A DNA stretch of 64,000 nt from NCBI GenBank assembly GCA_041305185.1, contig JBFYLW010000003.1, positions 2,692-66,691 of the forward strand, written 5' to 3'. Below, one piece after another: positions 63,986 through 64,000 of this stretch. Origin of the DNA: Nanobdellota archaeon (GTDB lineage: Archaea; Nanobdellota; Nanobdellia; Woesearchaeales; ARS49). Each line of letters begins with the position of its first letter. Position 1 is the first letter of the stretch. The position numbers and the translations under genes were made by a program. Under the pieces are notes generated by a model that saw only the letters and a program-made list of their open reading frames with translations, was not told where the DNA came from and searched no databases.

Positions 63986-64000
63986 AGTCTCAGTGTCATT

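Noticed and set aside
1-64000. Search for CRISPR arrays, rRNA/tRNA genes, IS elements/transposases/integrases
   Set aside because: No direct-repeat/spacer periodicity, no conserved rRNA stretches or tRNA cloverleaves, and no transposase/integrase-like ORFs were seen by eye; cannot exclude small ncRNAs without covariance-model searches.

Overview
The window is a low-GC (roughly 38-40%), gene-dense stretch of a small-genome prokaryote. Several features look archaeal, and a DPANN-like or symbiont-like lifestyle is possible, but I cannot be sure from this alone: three Lrp/AsnC regulators, an AbrB-N-terminal/PhoU-like regulator, TATA-like AT-rich promoters and lipobox lipoproteins. Genes are arranged in long co-directional operons, very often joined by 4-nt ATGA stop/start overlaps. 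I see no rRNA, tRNA, CRISPR array or transposase. The housekeeping content I can recognise includes uracil phosphoribosyltransferase, thioredoxin reductase with a VKOR-type membrane thioredoxin and an ACP-like gene, a [NiFe]-hydrogenase large and small subunit with a maturation protease, a B12-binding radical SAM enzyme, an EamA transporter, NAD(P)HX dehydratase, a CsaA-like tRNA-binding protein, signal peptidase I, a site-2 (M50) protease, an M48 metalloprotease, a CBS-domain protein and a glyoxalase-fold protein. The accessory content is more unusual. (1) On the minus strand at the right end, a tightly coupled operon encodes a beta-grasp ubiquitin-like protein with a GG+tail C-terminus, a 404-aa unknown, a JAMM/JAB protein, an E1 with tandem (degenerate + intact) ThiF adenylation domains, and an 1150-aa coiled-coil giant. 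It looks like a ubiquitin-like conjugation system with novel partners. (2) A five-gene ATGA-coupled operon (24138-29563) encodes a GHKL/MORC-like ATPase, a 641-aa HTH protein, a zinc-ribbon protein and an AbiEii-like nucleotidyltransferase-fold protein; it may be an uncharacterised defence or restriction-like module. (3) A Cys-rich lipoprotein plus mini-membrane-protein cassette recurs three times. (4) Three consecutive surface proteins share a swapped N-terminal anchor module fused to different beta-propeller or lectin domains. (5) Two lytic-transglycosylase-like paralogs are present, one interrupted by an in-frame TAG. (6) Two putative toxin-antitoxin pairs are present (DUF4258/DUF2283 and RelE/ParE).
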